Source: Octopus bimaculoides
Taxonomy: Eukaryota
Assembly: GCF_001194135.2 (NCBI RefSeq)
Contig: NC_068986.1
Span: forward strand, 37,396,966-37,444,915
Length of the DNA stretch: 47,950 nt
Direction: 5' to 3'
The position numbers and the translations under genes are program-made. This document shows positions 1 through 10,846 of this stretch, in pieces. Under the pieces are notes generated by a model that had not been told where the DNA came from, did no database searches, and worked only from the letters and a program-made list of their open reading frames with translations. Numbering within the stretch: position 1 is the stretch's first letter; every line of letters starts with the position of its first letter.

Positions 1-80
1 AAGAAGAAGAAGAAGAAGAAGAAGAAGAAGAAGAAGAAGAAGAAGAAAACGAAGAAGAAGAAGAAGAAGAAGAAGAAGAA
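1..80 (+). repeat. (AAG)n microsatellite
   Basis: Direct read. Confidence 0.99.
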
Positions 81-84
81 ATGA

Positions 85-300
85 AGTTGTACGTGGTCAA
101 TCGCTCTGCAAAAAATAACAGCCAAATTTCTTTCAAGTACAAAGTACGTCAGTTAATGTGGTTCTCTAAAAAAGAAGACAAAAGGACAGGATGGTCATTG
201 GTGGGTGTTTTGACCAAAGGTCTTGATCGCTAGGGGCTAACACAAAGCTGTGGGACAACAATAACAACGAAGACAATAACAGCATCAACATCAGCAACAA
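85..300 (+). mobile_element. interspersed repeat family E (SINE-like, CAA-rich tail)
   Basis: aaataacagccaaatttc..ggacaggatggtcat..tttgacc..ggggctaa followed by a (CAA)-rich tail. Core shared with 6993-7011, 39704-39729 (rc) and 45018-45041 (rc). Confidence 0.65.
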
Positions 301-480
301 GAAGTTGAATAAAACTGCAATTTGCAGTTACGATTCTATTCCCAGAGAAATACGATGTCAAATATAAACAAAACGAGTGAATGGGGGGGGGCGGAGAAAA
401 CGCTTTTATGTTTGACGTATCGGTTTATATTTACATGGCGTCGTTTAAATTTTGTGCTCTTTTCGGTGCAGATATCTGTT

Positions 481-481
<1 letters not shown>

Positions 482-518
<37 letters not shown>

Positions 519-676
519 ACACACACACATACATACATACATACATACATACATAATACATACATACATACATACATACATACATACATACATACATACA
601 GGCATCAATACACACATACATACATACATACATACATACATACATACATACATACATACACACATACATACATACA

Positions 677-707
<31 letters not shown>

Positions 708-760
708 GTACGTATGTACGTACGTTCGTACATGCACATACACGCGCATGCACATACACA
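482..760 (+). repeat. compound (CA)n/(TACA)n microsatellite
   Basis: Direct read. Confidence 0.98.
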
Positions 761-1249
761 CATACATATACTCCCACTCTATCTCCCTCTTTCTCTGTTT
801 TTATACGTGTGTGCATGTGTGTGTGTGTGCGTGCGTATGTGTGTCGGTGTATGTGTAAGTGTGTGTGTGCATGTATGTGTGCGCGCGCATGAGTGGATGC
901 GGTTGTATGATAATATATTCTATGACGAGTTTATTTTGGCTTCTGTATGTGTGTGTTCGTATGTGTCTCCAGTAGTCTACGTTTACTGAATTCCTATGTC
1001 CATATGTAATGTGTGAATGCATGTATGCATGTATGTATGAATGCATATATGTATGTGTGTATGTATGTATTTATGTTCTCCAATTGAAACAAATATCCAG
1101 AGAAATTAACTTTAATCTAATTGATACAACGGCAGTAAATACAATTAATTCTGTTGGAATCGTTGTATCTGATGTTGACTGCAGGACTCGGCCTCGGCCT
1201 ACTTTCGCAGCTAGTTTAATTACAATTAGGCTTCTATTATAATATATTT

Positions 1250-1436
1250 TACATCTAAGATGCTACGAATGGCCCTAAATGTGAAATGGCAGCAACATAT
1301 GACAAATAAATGCCTTTATCGAGACCAGCCGAAAGTTAGCGAGAAGATCAGACGAAGACAGCTGCGGCTATCTGGTCACTACGTGCGCTACTCTGAGCTG
1401 GAAGCACCCAAATTAATCTTGTGGAATCCACTTCAT
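1250..1436 (+). mobile_element. non-LTR retrotransposon (RTE-like) post-RT C-terminal fragment
   Basis: Translates MLRMALNVKWQQHMTNKCLYRDQPKVSEKIRRRQLRLSGHYVRYSELEAPKLILWNPLH. This matches the recalled LINE C-terminal pattern RMLRxALNxxWxxHxTN..LYxxLPxVSxxIRxRRLRLAGH...KLVLWEP. Confidence 0.75.
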
Positions 1437-2031
1437 GTTGATGAGAAACTTAATGAAATGTTAGAAGAGCTAGAGACTGTGTCTGAATGGCTCACGGGAG
1501 GAAAAACTATCCTTACTCCCAAATCCACTGAAACAGCAAACCCACAAAATTACAAACTGATAACCTGTCTCCTTACAATTTACAAAGCATTTAGTGCAAT
1601 AATATCGCAGAGAATGGACAAATACCTGGAAGAAAATAAACTGTTTCCAGAAGAGCAGAAGGGATGCTGCAAAATCTCAAACGTTTGTAAAGATCAACCA
1701 CTGATCAATGAAGCCAAGACTCAACACAGCTGCAAAAAGAAGGGTCTAAGTATGGCTTGGCTCGATTATCGAAAGGCTTTTGATAGTTTATCCCACACAT
1801 GAATCCTAGAGACACAAGCCATGAACATTGTAGCACAAATAATCAGAAAATATATAAAACATTCCATGAATAAATGGCAAACATTGCTACAGCTCCAGAC
1901 AAAAAAGGAACTCATAAAAACCAAAGACTCGCATTTCACTCCTTTTCTGCTTGGCCCTGACACCTTTTTCTGACATGCTAAGCTGAACTGGATGTGCATA
2001 CGACTGTTACAGCATAACAATCAACCATCTC
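1437..2031 (+). mobile_element. R4/Dong-type (RLE) non-LTR retrotransposon reverse transcriptase fragment, decayed
   Basis: EWLTGGKTILTPK..NPQNYKLITCL..FPEEQKGC..KDQPLIN..LSMAWLDYRKAFDSLSHT. TGA at 1800-1802 replaces the W of the usual PHSWI motif. The frame continues ILET..NKWQTLLQL..ELIKTK; after a frameshift at 1936 it reads SLLFCLALTPFS..TINHL. Confidence 0.9.
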
Positions 2032-2212
2032 ATAAAATACAGAATAGACAACACAGCAGAAAGCGATAAGTGCAGAATATGTGGACAAATCGGTGAAACC
2101 GTATGGCATATTACCAGCCAATGTACGCCACTAGCCTAGAAGGAATATAAGAGACGCCACGACAATATATCCTGTCTTGTCCATTGGACACTTTGCAACA
2201 AGTATGGACATA
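2032..2212 (+). mobile_element. R4/Dong-type CCHC zinc knuckle and start of the RLE region
   Basis: SDKCRICGQIGETVWHITSQC is a C-X2-C-X8-H-X4-C motif (2071-2124), followed by PLA*KEYKRRHDNISCLVHWTLCNKYG, the typical R4/Dong segment upstream of the restriction-like endonuclease. Confidence 0.9.
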
Positions 2213-2768
2213 CAGTACTGGGGTCGATTTGTTCGACGAAACCCATCAAGGCTGTATCCTTACATTGTCGTAGTTCAACGATACCAAGCAAAATATGAAA
2301 AAGATTGAAGAACGCTGCATAAGGGATCTAGTAATTAAGAGCTATTGTAGCTCGGCTTGGATTTATATTTCTAACATTTAGAAGGATGTGCGATTCAGTT
2401 AGCAACTACAGTAGAAAAGGCGAAGTTTGAAACTTATAAAACCGGAAATCCTGTTAATAAAACAACTGCTTTTGCTTATCTTCTGTGGCTACTATCAGGT
2501 GCCATAAGAGTAAAAATACCTAAAACACATACACACAGACGAACACATGCGAGCATGTGCACGTATGCACTCAGCAACATATACATATACACAGGTATGT
2601 TTGGGTGTGAAGGAAGATGTTTATGGGTGTGCAATTGTCTGTAAATGCATTGCAAGTACACATTTCGATAAAGCCTACATATTTTGCACTCTGAAACGCT
2701 AATTTCTAGATACCAGAAGAACATCCGATTTTCAATTATCCACACACACACACACGCACGCACGCGCG

Positions 2769-2808
<40 letters not shown>

Positions 2809-3371
2809 TACACACACACATATATACACATACATACATACACACATACATGCACAGATACTCATACACACATATACATGCTCACGCAGAAATATATATT
2901 TATATAGACATATATAATATACTGTGTTGAAAAATGCCAAAACATGCGTAATGTAGACAATAACCAAGTAGTGCTGCGGTAAACAAGTAACTTAAACTCC
3001 ATTTCTGTCATACAAGGTAGTTACCTCCAATGTAGGTAGTCGGCTACAAGAACAAACTTCGTCGAGCGAATATGGAAGTAAAAAAGAGCTTATAAACAAA
3101 AGTAGTTGCAAGGAGTGTGTTTACATGGAAAATGCCAGTCCATAAAAATGAATGATGTTATCAAGTCTTATCTTTACAGCTGTTTCGGATAAATCATATT
3201 ATAACCTTGTATAATATGTAATTAGATCCAATAATATTGTAGGTGTATGGGTTAACATGAATTTTGGTTGATCAGTGTTGCAAAATCCCGTTATCATCAT
3301 CAGAACACTATGGCGAATATGTATGTACGAAAACACGCGCATACATGCACACATATGTATGTATGAAATAT

Positions 3372-3557
3372 AGGCGCAAACGTGGTTGTGTGCTAAGAAG
3401 TTTGCTTCCCAGCCACATGTTTCGGGTTCAGTCTCATTGTGTGGCATTTAGAGGGAAAGTATCCATCTGAAGTTATCTGCAAACCAAAGACAAGAGAGTT
3501 CGGGCTAACCAAGGCCTTGTGAATAAGTTTATTAGACGGAAACTGAAAAACTCATCC

Positions 3558-3598
<41 letters not shown>

Positions 3599-3829
3599 GC
3601 GCGCGAGTATGTGTGTGTGTATGTGTGTGTGCTGGTGTATTTATTTTTGATCTGCTTGTGTGTGTGGGTGTTTGTCTCTCATTAGGGCATGACAATCGAA
3701 GTTGGTTTGTTTATTTCCCCCTAACTTAGCTGTTCACCAAAATGATAGCAATAGAATAAGTACGAGGATTGAAGAAAAAGCGCGATTCGTTCGACTAAAA
3801 CCCTTCAAATCAGTGCAACAGCATGGCCA
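3372..3829 (+). mobile_element. tRNA-derived SINE family A, near full length with internal (TG)n
   Basis: Head aggcgc..gtggttgtgtgctaag..gggttcagtc, then agacggaaactga, a (TG)n tract, and a 3' part taacttag..atagaataagtac..cagcatggcc. Colinear with the copies at 18093 and 31712. Confidence 0.85.
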
Positions 3830-3918
3830 CAGCCCGGTCCAGGAATCGAACAGACTACCTCATAATTGTGAGCCCGACAATTAAGTCACTGAGCCATAAC
3901 CAATTTTATGCCTTCACA
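3826..3918 (-). mobile_element. tRNA-derived SINE family C head, truncated
   Basis: The minus strand reads tggctcagtga (A-box)..gttcgattcctggaccgggctg (B-box); same head as 26195-26372. Confidence 0.75.
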
Positions 3919-3970
3919 CATATATACACGCACAAATATAACTATGTTATATATATTAATATTTTACACA

Positions 3971-4008
<38 letters not shown>

Positions 4009-4455
4009 ACGTGTGCGTGTTAAATATATTGCACACACGCACACATACACACAGATACACATATGATGCAGAAGCGACACCTGGTAGTTAAACCAACACA
4101 TGAAAAATTATAATCAGTGTGATATGGTCAGAGTTGGGTGCATTTAGTATAGATGCTGTTTTTATCTATCTCTTATAAAATGTTGAGATTTAGAGAAAAT
4201 CTGGTTTCCTATTTAGATTCATTTATATATCATGGATATGCATACATTTATTGTGTTGGATTAACGTAGGAAATGCCGCTGGCTTTGCACACAAACACAC
4301 ACACACATACACACACACACACACATACACAGACTCATACACACACACACACGCGCGCGCGCATGCACGCATGCACGCATGCACATACATAGGCAAATCT
4401 AAAATACAAACAGGAAAAACAACAAAAATCAATTAGACGTACATGTTTGTATGTG

Positions 4456-4600
4456 TGTGCATGGCCTACTGGTTTGTGTGTTGGACTCACGATGCTAAGG
4501 TTGCGGTTTCGATTCCTGGATCGGGTATTGAATGTGTCTTTGAGCAATGCACATCACTTCACAAAAATCCAATTGCTATGCTGAAAAGCGTATGCCATCC
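4456..4600 (+). mobile_element. tRNA-derived SINE family C with CORE-like segment
   Basis: gcatggcctactggtt..gtttcgattcctgga..ctttgagcaatgcacatcacttcac. Confidence 0.65.
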
Positions 4601-5565
4601 TTGTGTTAATGCAGTCCTCTTTCTTTCTCTCCATGCATTTTAAACAGGTTACTGGTATTGCATTGGTAGGTAATTGTAGTCCACCGTTGGCAGGCTTGTA
4701 AATTTGGTTTTCATATTAAAGTTATTAAAATATAAGCAGGTGTAGTCAGGCAACTCAGTGGGTCCTGCAGGTGTATATTATATATTCGTTCCTTTTTTTG
4801 TTTTTTTTCCAAGAATTTTCTACATAGATTTATTCCAAATAGTTATTTGGAAGTAAATAAAATTAATTATTTGGACGCGTCAGATGAGATTAGTAATTAA
4901 AATTTGTAATAAATCTAGTGAATTAAAATTCAACGCTACAGTGATGTCTTATGCAGATAGGTGTACACCTATTTGTGATATTTGGGATATAACGTATTTG
5001 CGGTGCAGGTTATAAGATACAGAAGTATAGTGAGCAGGTGTGTGTGATACATGTGACTATTAATCTTATAAAACAGGTGGTTAGACAAGATGTTAATGCT
5101 ATAACAGATTAATCAAGCAATTTAATTACACTCTAGATTTACACAATGATATGTTAAGGAAGTCTGAATTTATTTCAGTCTTGCAATTAATTTGCAAATA
5201 AGAAGCTTGAAATTAATAGAAAATACTGCAAATAGTGGTGGTGAGTTTAGTTGAAAGTAGTTAAGAATGTCCGTCTAAGTCATATAAATATGACCCTTGC
5301 GATTTGACTGTCTGCTTTAATAATGGATTCCCTTTGTATTTTCTACTTTTTCTCTCCCTGCCCTTACCTAACGATGATCACTTACACATTGAGGCCATGT
5401 CTTCCTTCGCAAGAGCCAGTTCTTCTAGTTTTCGGTCTTTTTTAAGGGAGAATTTGAGTTAGCTGGACAGAGGAAATTTGCTCCTGTCGCAATATGATCT
5501 GTGACTGAGTGTTAATCGTCTAATCTGTGCATTAACATCTCGTCTTTTACCTGTAAGGAATGTTT

Positions 5566-5590
5566 CTTCTTCTTCTTCTTCTTCTTCTTC

Positions 5591-5658
<68 letters not shown>
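5566..5658 (+). repeat. (CTT)n-(ATT)n compound microsatellite
   Basis: Direct read. Confidence 0.98.
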
Positions 5659-5659
5659 G

Positions 5660-5760
5660 CCGTATATACTCGTGTAAAATCGAATTTTTTAGACCATTTT
5701 TTATGATTAAATTTATGGGGTCGACTATTACATGGATACTACTTTTGAGGGGCTGAAATT
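5660..5760 (+). mobile_element. Tc2/pogo-like (TcMar) DNA transposon terminus, one end only
   Basis: CCGTATATACTCGTGTAAAATCGA start and internal ggggtcgactattac, resembling recalled Tc2/pogo-type TIRs. No partner TIR seen in the window. Confidence 0.5.
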
Positions 5761-6167
5761 CAAGCTAGAATCCAAAGTACCGTATCAGCAGCAGAAGCCG
5801 AACTGATTTCTAAGCAAATAAAGCAAAAAAAAGTTATGGTAGTGGTAAATTGTATACCAGGGTTAATACAGTTTGATAAACGCTTAAGCATACATACACA
5901 CGTATATATACACACATATATACATATATATGTCTGTGTGCATATTTGTATAAATATATATGTAAGCATATATATGTCTCTATGTTTATTTATGTATGTA
6001 TATGCATACACATGCTCACACGCGCATATACAAACAGACATACAAACACCGCCCCCATATACATATATATGTGTGTGTGTGTGTGTGTGTGCATATTTGT
6101 ATATATGTGTATATATGTATATATATATATATATGTGTGTGTGTGTGCATATATGTATATATGTGTA

Positions 6168-6211
<44 letters not shown>

Positions 6212-6617
6212 CGAGAGAGAGGGAGAGAGAGGGAGAGAGAGAAAGAGAGACAGACAGACAAGTAGATGAAGAGAGAAAGAAAACCAGAAATATACAGACT
6301 TTTCAACTTAGGGAGTTTACAGCGTTGAAAGAAACTCAAAATATCCGGTTTGAACTTTTACAGAGATGTAAGAATTTAAATTAAAATCTCGTTGTCCTGT
6401 TTCATTTGGGGAATTTATATCTTGTCTAGTTTTGCTGTGATGCGAGTAACAGAAATGTAAACATGTATTTTTCTACGATCAGGGGCCTCTTAGAAAGAGC
6501 TGTTAAATATACATCACTTCTTTTTTTTTTTACCATTATTTAAAAACAAAAAACGAAATGAATGATAGATAATCCAGGCTTAATTACAAATATTAATAAT
6601 AACAATAACAGTAATCC

Positions 6618-6692
6618 TTTATACTAAAGGCACAAGGCTTGGATTTTGTGGGGAGGGGGACAGTCGGTCACATCGACCCCCAGCACGTATGT
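6618..6692 (-). mobile_element. SINE family B 3' fragment
   Basis: aaaggcacaaggc..ggggagggggacagtcggtcacatcgaccccca matches the 3' end of the 38159 copy. Confidence 0.7.
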
Positions 6693-6969
6693 ATGCATGC
6701 ATGTATATATGACAAATGGCACTCTTTGATAATAATTATCATTAACGCTTTTCTTTTTCATTAAGAGCGTAATTGAATTGATAAAATGCATTTTTGCTCA
6801 TTACATTGCTTCACAGCTTTCATTGTCAAAATCTGTGTAGCAATGATGGGACTGTTGCTACAAGGTTACCAGTTCTAGATCAGATCAGAATTATTCATAG
6901 TCTTATCTAATCAATGAAACCATAATAGCAGAAAAAAAAAGAAATTCCCCAAAAAAAGCCAACATGGTA

Positions 6970-7200
6970 GTCAGTGTGTAGTCACTGAACCTGCTAGAAA
7001 TAGTAACCAAATTTTATCCCCTTCAAGCCATGCCCTACCGTTTTGATACATTAAATTCAATGTATTGATACATTCAGTTTAAAAACTCAATAATATGCTG
7101 AGTGAGTCACACAATATCTGGGGAAACCGAGCTTCTTATAGAGTGAAAGCTTTTGATGTACGTTCAGAGCAGCCCTGGCCGAAACAACAACACCAACAAC
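6970..7200 (+). mobile_element. interspersed repeat family E
   Basis: gtcactgaacctgctagaaatagtaaccaaa..ccctaccg..ctggccgaaacaacaacaccaacaac. Confidence 0.7.
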
Positions 7201-7726
7201 ATCAAAACTGTTGTTCTGTTTTGTAATCCTCTTCTGTTTCCATAAGAATTTAACACAGGAGATGGTGGGGGACTTAACACTTACCAGTACACTTTCGTCA
7301 TTTCTCCCAATCTGAACCGAAGTCTTTCGTCATCCATATTGTGTCATCTCCTTTTCAGACGCCGTTCTAACAACTATTCCCATTTCTTTCTTTCCAGAAC
7401 ATAGTTCCACTGGAATGCTTATTCTGTATATGTGCTTCCTGCTGTCGTCATCTTAGAGATATTCAAGAGGAAACTTTACTTCGTCGATCTTACCAGTGAA
7501 GGAAAGTCTGCGAGGCTCATATGCACATTCTCTTCCTACAGACCCGACCAACAGAAAAAGAGGTGATTCAGAAATTTTGCTAATATAATAATATTTGAAT
7601 AATCCGACAGCAACGAGATCAAAAACGTGCTCAAAACCCGACAATAGTTGTGTGATCATACGATTGATAATTTAGAACAAAATTTCTTTTATAAACTTTT
7701 TATGAATTTCGAGTATTACTGCAGCC

Positions 7727-7865
7727 ATAGTGTAGGCTGCTTGGTTAAGAAGTTAAATTTGGGTGATTCCCTGTTCAATACTACTACACGGATATTTGGT
7801 AAAATGTAACTTTTACCATAGTTTCGGAATGTCGATAAACTTATGAATGGAATTTGGTAGTAGCC
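7727..7865 (+). mobile_element. SINE family A head, degenerate
   Basis: ggctgcttggttaagaag..ttcaatactactacacgg..aatggaatttggtag aligns by eye to the 31712 copy. Confidence 0.5.
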
Positions 7866-8069
7866 TCTAACAACAACAATCCACAACTATTTTTTTTTTT
7901 TTTTTTTTGCTTATTGATTCCTATTTTACCCTACTGGATCTCCAAAGCCATTCGATATTTAAATAAAATCCTATATTTTTATAACTGAATATTATGTGGA
8001 TTTGTATTAAAAATGGTTGAAATATTTTGTGTGTTGTAGAAGTATAACCAATTTTATTGCTCATAAATT

Positions 8070-8128
8070 TTGACAAAATTTTATATGAACCTCACGAGGT
8101 TCATATGGACCCCGGTTCATAGCCACTG
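8070..8128 (-). mobile_element. hAT-like MITE terminus
   Basis: The minus strand begins CAGTGGCTATGAACCGGGGTCCATATG (cf. hAT-type CAGTGGTTCTCAACC). Homologous to 19225-19296. Confidence 0.55.
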
Positions 8129-8577
8129 CTTTTAGAAGGAACATTTCTTTTCTTAATTATTAACTTAATCCATGTTCTANNNNNNNNNNNNNNNNNNNNN
8201 NNNNNNNNNNNNNNNNNNNNNNNNNNNNNNNNNNNNNNNNNNNNNNNNNNNNNNNNNNNNNNNNNNNNNNNNNNNNNNNNNNNNNNNNNNNNNNNNNNNN
8301 NNNNNNNNNNNNNNNNNNNNNNNNNNNNNNNNNNNNNNNNNNNNNNNNNNNNNNNNNNNNNNNNNNNNNNNNNNNNNNNNNNNNNNNNNNNNNNNNNNNN
8401 NNNNNNNNNNNNNNNNNNNNNNNNNNNNNNNNNNNNNNNNNNNNNNNNNNNNNNNNNNNNNNNNNNNNNNNNNNNNNNNNNNNNNNNNNNNNNNNNNNNN
8501 NNNNNNNNNNNNNNNNNNNNNNNNNNNNNNNNNNNNNNNNNNNNNNNNNNNNNNNNNNNNNNNNNNNNNNNNNNNNN

Positions 8578-8612
<35 letters not shown>

Positions 8613-8614
8613 CT

Positions 8615-8657
<43 letters not shown>

Positions 8658-8882
8658 GTAGATAGATAGGCACCTGGTTACATATTTCGTGATATTAACA
8701 TATCTATATATATGCACACACATGCACATGCATATAAATATGTATATACATATGCACAAAAATATGCATCCGCACGCGCGTGTACGTGCACACTTCCGTT
8801 TACACACATATGTGCATACATACACTCACATGCATATATACATACGTACATACATATATATTTATGTATGTATATATATATC

Positions 8883-8941
<59 letters not shown>

Positions 8942-10846
8942 ATGTATGTATGTATATATNNNNNNNNNNNNNNNNNNNNNNNNNNNNNNNNNNNNNNNNN
9001 NNNNNNNNNNNNNNNNNNNNNNNNNNNNNNNNNNNNNNNNNNNNNNNNNNNNNNNNNNNNNNNNNNNNNNNNNNNNNNNNNNNNNNNNNNNNNNNNNNNN
9101 NNNNNNNNNNNNNNNNNNNNNNNNNNNNNNNNNNNNNNNNNNNNNNNNNNNNNNNNNNNNNNNNNNNNNNNNNNNNNNNNNNNNNNNNNNNNNNNNNNNN
9201 NNNNNNNNNNNNNNNNNNNNNNNNNNNNNNNNNNNNNNNNNNNNNNNNNNNNNNNNNNNNNNNNNNNNNNNNNNNNNNNNNNNNNNNNNNNNNNNNNNNN
9301 NNNNNNNNNNNNNNNNNNNNNNNNNNNNNNNNNNNNNNNNNNNNNNNNNNNNNNNNNNNNNNNNNNNNNNNNNNNNNNNNNNNNNNNNNNNNNNNNNNNN
9401 NNNNNNNNNNNNNNNNNNNNNNNNNNNNNNNNNNNNNNNNNNNNNNNNNNNNNNNNNNNNNNNNNNNNNNNNNNNNNNNNNNNNNNNNNNNNNNNNNNNN
9501 NNNNNNNNNNNNNNNNNNNNNNNNNNNNNNNNNNNNNNNNNNNNNNNNNNNNNNNNNNNNNNNNNNNNNNNNNNNNNNNNNNNNNNNNNNNNNNNNNNNN
9601 NNNNNNNNNNNNNNNNNNNNNNNNNNNNNNNNNNNNNNNNNNNNNNNNNNNNNNNNNNNNNNNNNNNNNNNNNNNNNNNNNNNNNNNNNNNNNNNNNNNN
9701 NNNNNNNNNNNNNNNNNNNNNNNNNNNNNNNNNNNNNNNNNNNNNNNNNNNNNNNNNNNNNNNNNNNNNNNNNNNNNNNNNNNNNNNNNNNNNAGAGATA
9801 CGTAGTAGTAACAGAGGAAGAACGAGAGGGGTAAAGCGAGATACGTAGTAGTAAAGAGGAAGAACGAGAGGGGGAAAATGATAGAGGAAGAGAAAGAGAA
9901 AGAGATAGAGTAGCGTCGGAAAATATGAAGTTACGAAAACTACTTACAATTGGAGACGCTGCGTTCAGTCATGTAAAAACAAATAGTAAATGAGTATATG
10001 CATATATACGTACAGGTATGTGCATACCGACATCCACTTGTATGTATAGGTGCATATCTGGGTACAGGACATTGCAAACAAAACGTAGACGAGAAAACAC
10101 ACACGTCACATAGAGAACATTCTACTTCATCAGCTACCCCCGTTTTAAATCGAGAAAAAAAAGGAAAAAAAAAAGAGAGAGCACTTCGCTCTCATGTGTC
10201 TATTCCCTGCTGAGGTTACCATGGTCTTTTCCGTAGGCTTTTCTCTCCATGGATAAACCTAATGTTACCCCATTTTACACAATTGACATTTTCTGTGATA
10301 TACGATNNNNNNNNNNNNNNNNNNNNNNNNNNNNNNNNNNNNNNNNNNNNNNNNNNNNNNNNNNNNNNNNNNNNNNNNNNNNNNNNNNNNNNNNNNNNNN
10401 NNNNNNNNNNNNNNNNNNNNNNNNNNNNNNNNNNNNNNNNNNNNNNNNNNNNNNNNNNNNNNNNNNNNNNNNNNNNNNNNNNNNNNNNNNNNNNNNNNNN
10501 NNNNNNNNNNNNNNNNNNNNNNNNNNNNNNNNTATATGTCGCTGGGCCGATAGTGGCAAATTATGCATATATATATAGAGACAAAGAGAGGGAGGGAGAG
10601 CAGTTAAAGACGAACTCCAATGTGTTGAATGGCCGTTGTTTTTAAAATAAAAATAAAATAAAAACAAACGGACTTTTCTCCTTGGTACGAATTTGATGTA
10701 AGGCGGGCGGAAAAAATGGAGTCTATTTTATTAGTCACCGTAGTCAATACAAAACTATTTTCACGATTAATGTACAAACTAAATAAGTCAATTTTTAAAA
10801 TATTAATTTAATTTAGAAGCACATTTTCCGATCTTCAGTTGTATAT

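Noticed and set aside
381-989. 202-aa ORF and the many other HT/YI/CV/MYVC-rich ORFs
   Set aside because: Translations of (CA)n, (TA)n and (TACA)n microsatellites, which lack stops in some frames.
2252-2400. Possible RLE endonuclease tail (AKYEKD..AIVARLG)
   Set aside because: Needs several frameshifts and the PD..D motif is not seen; too weak to annotate.
8160-9848. Long ORFs containing X runs (also 15279, 19605, 28071, 35006, 41500, 45008)
   Set aside because: They are open only because they span N gaps.
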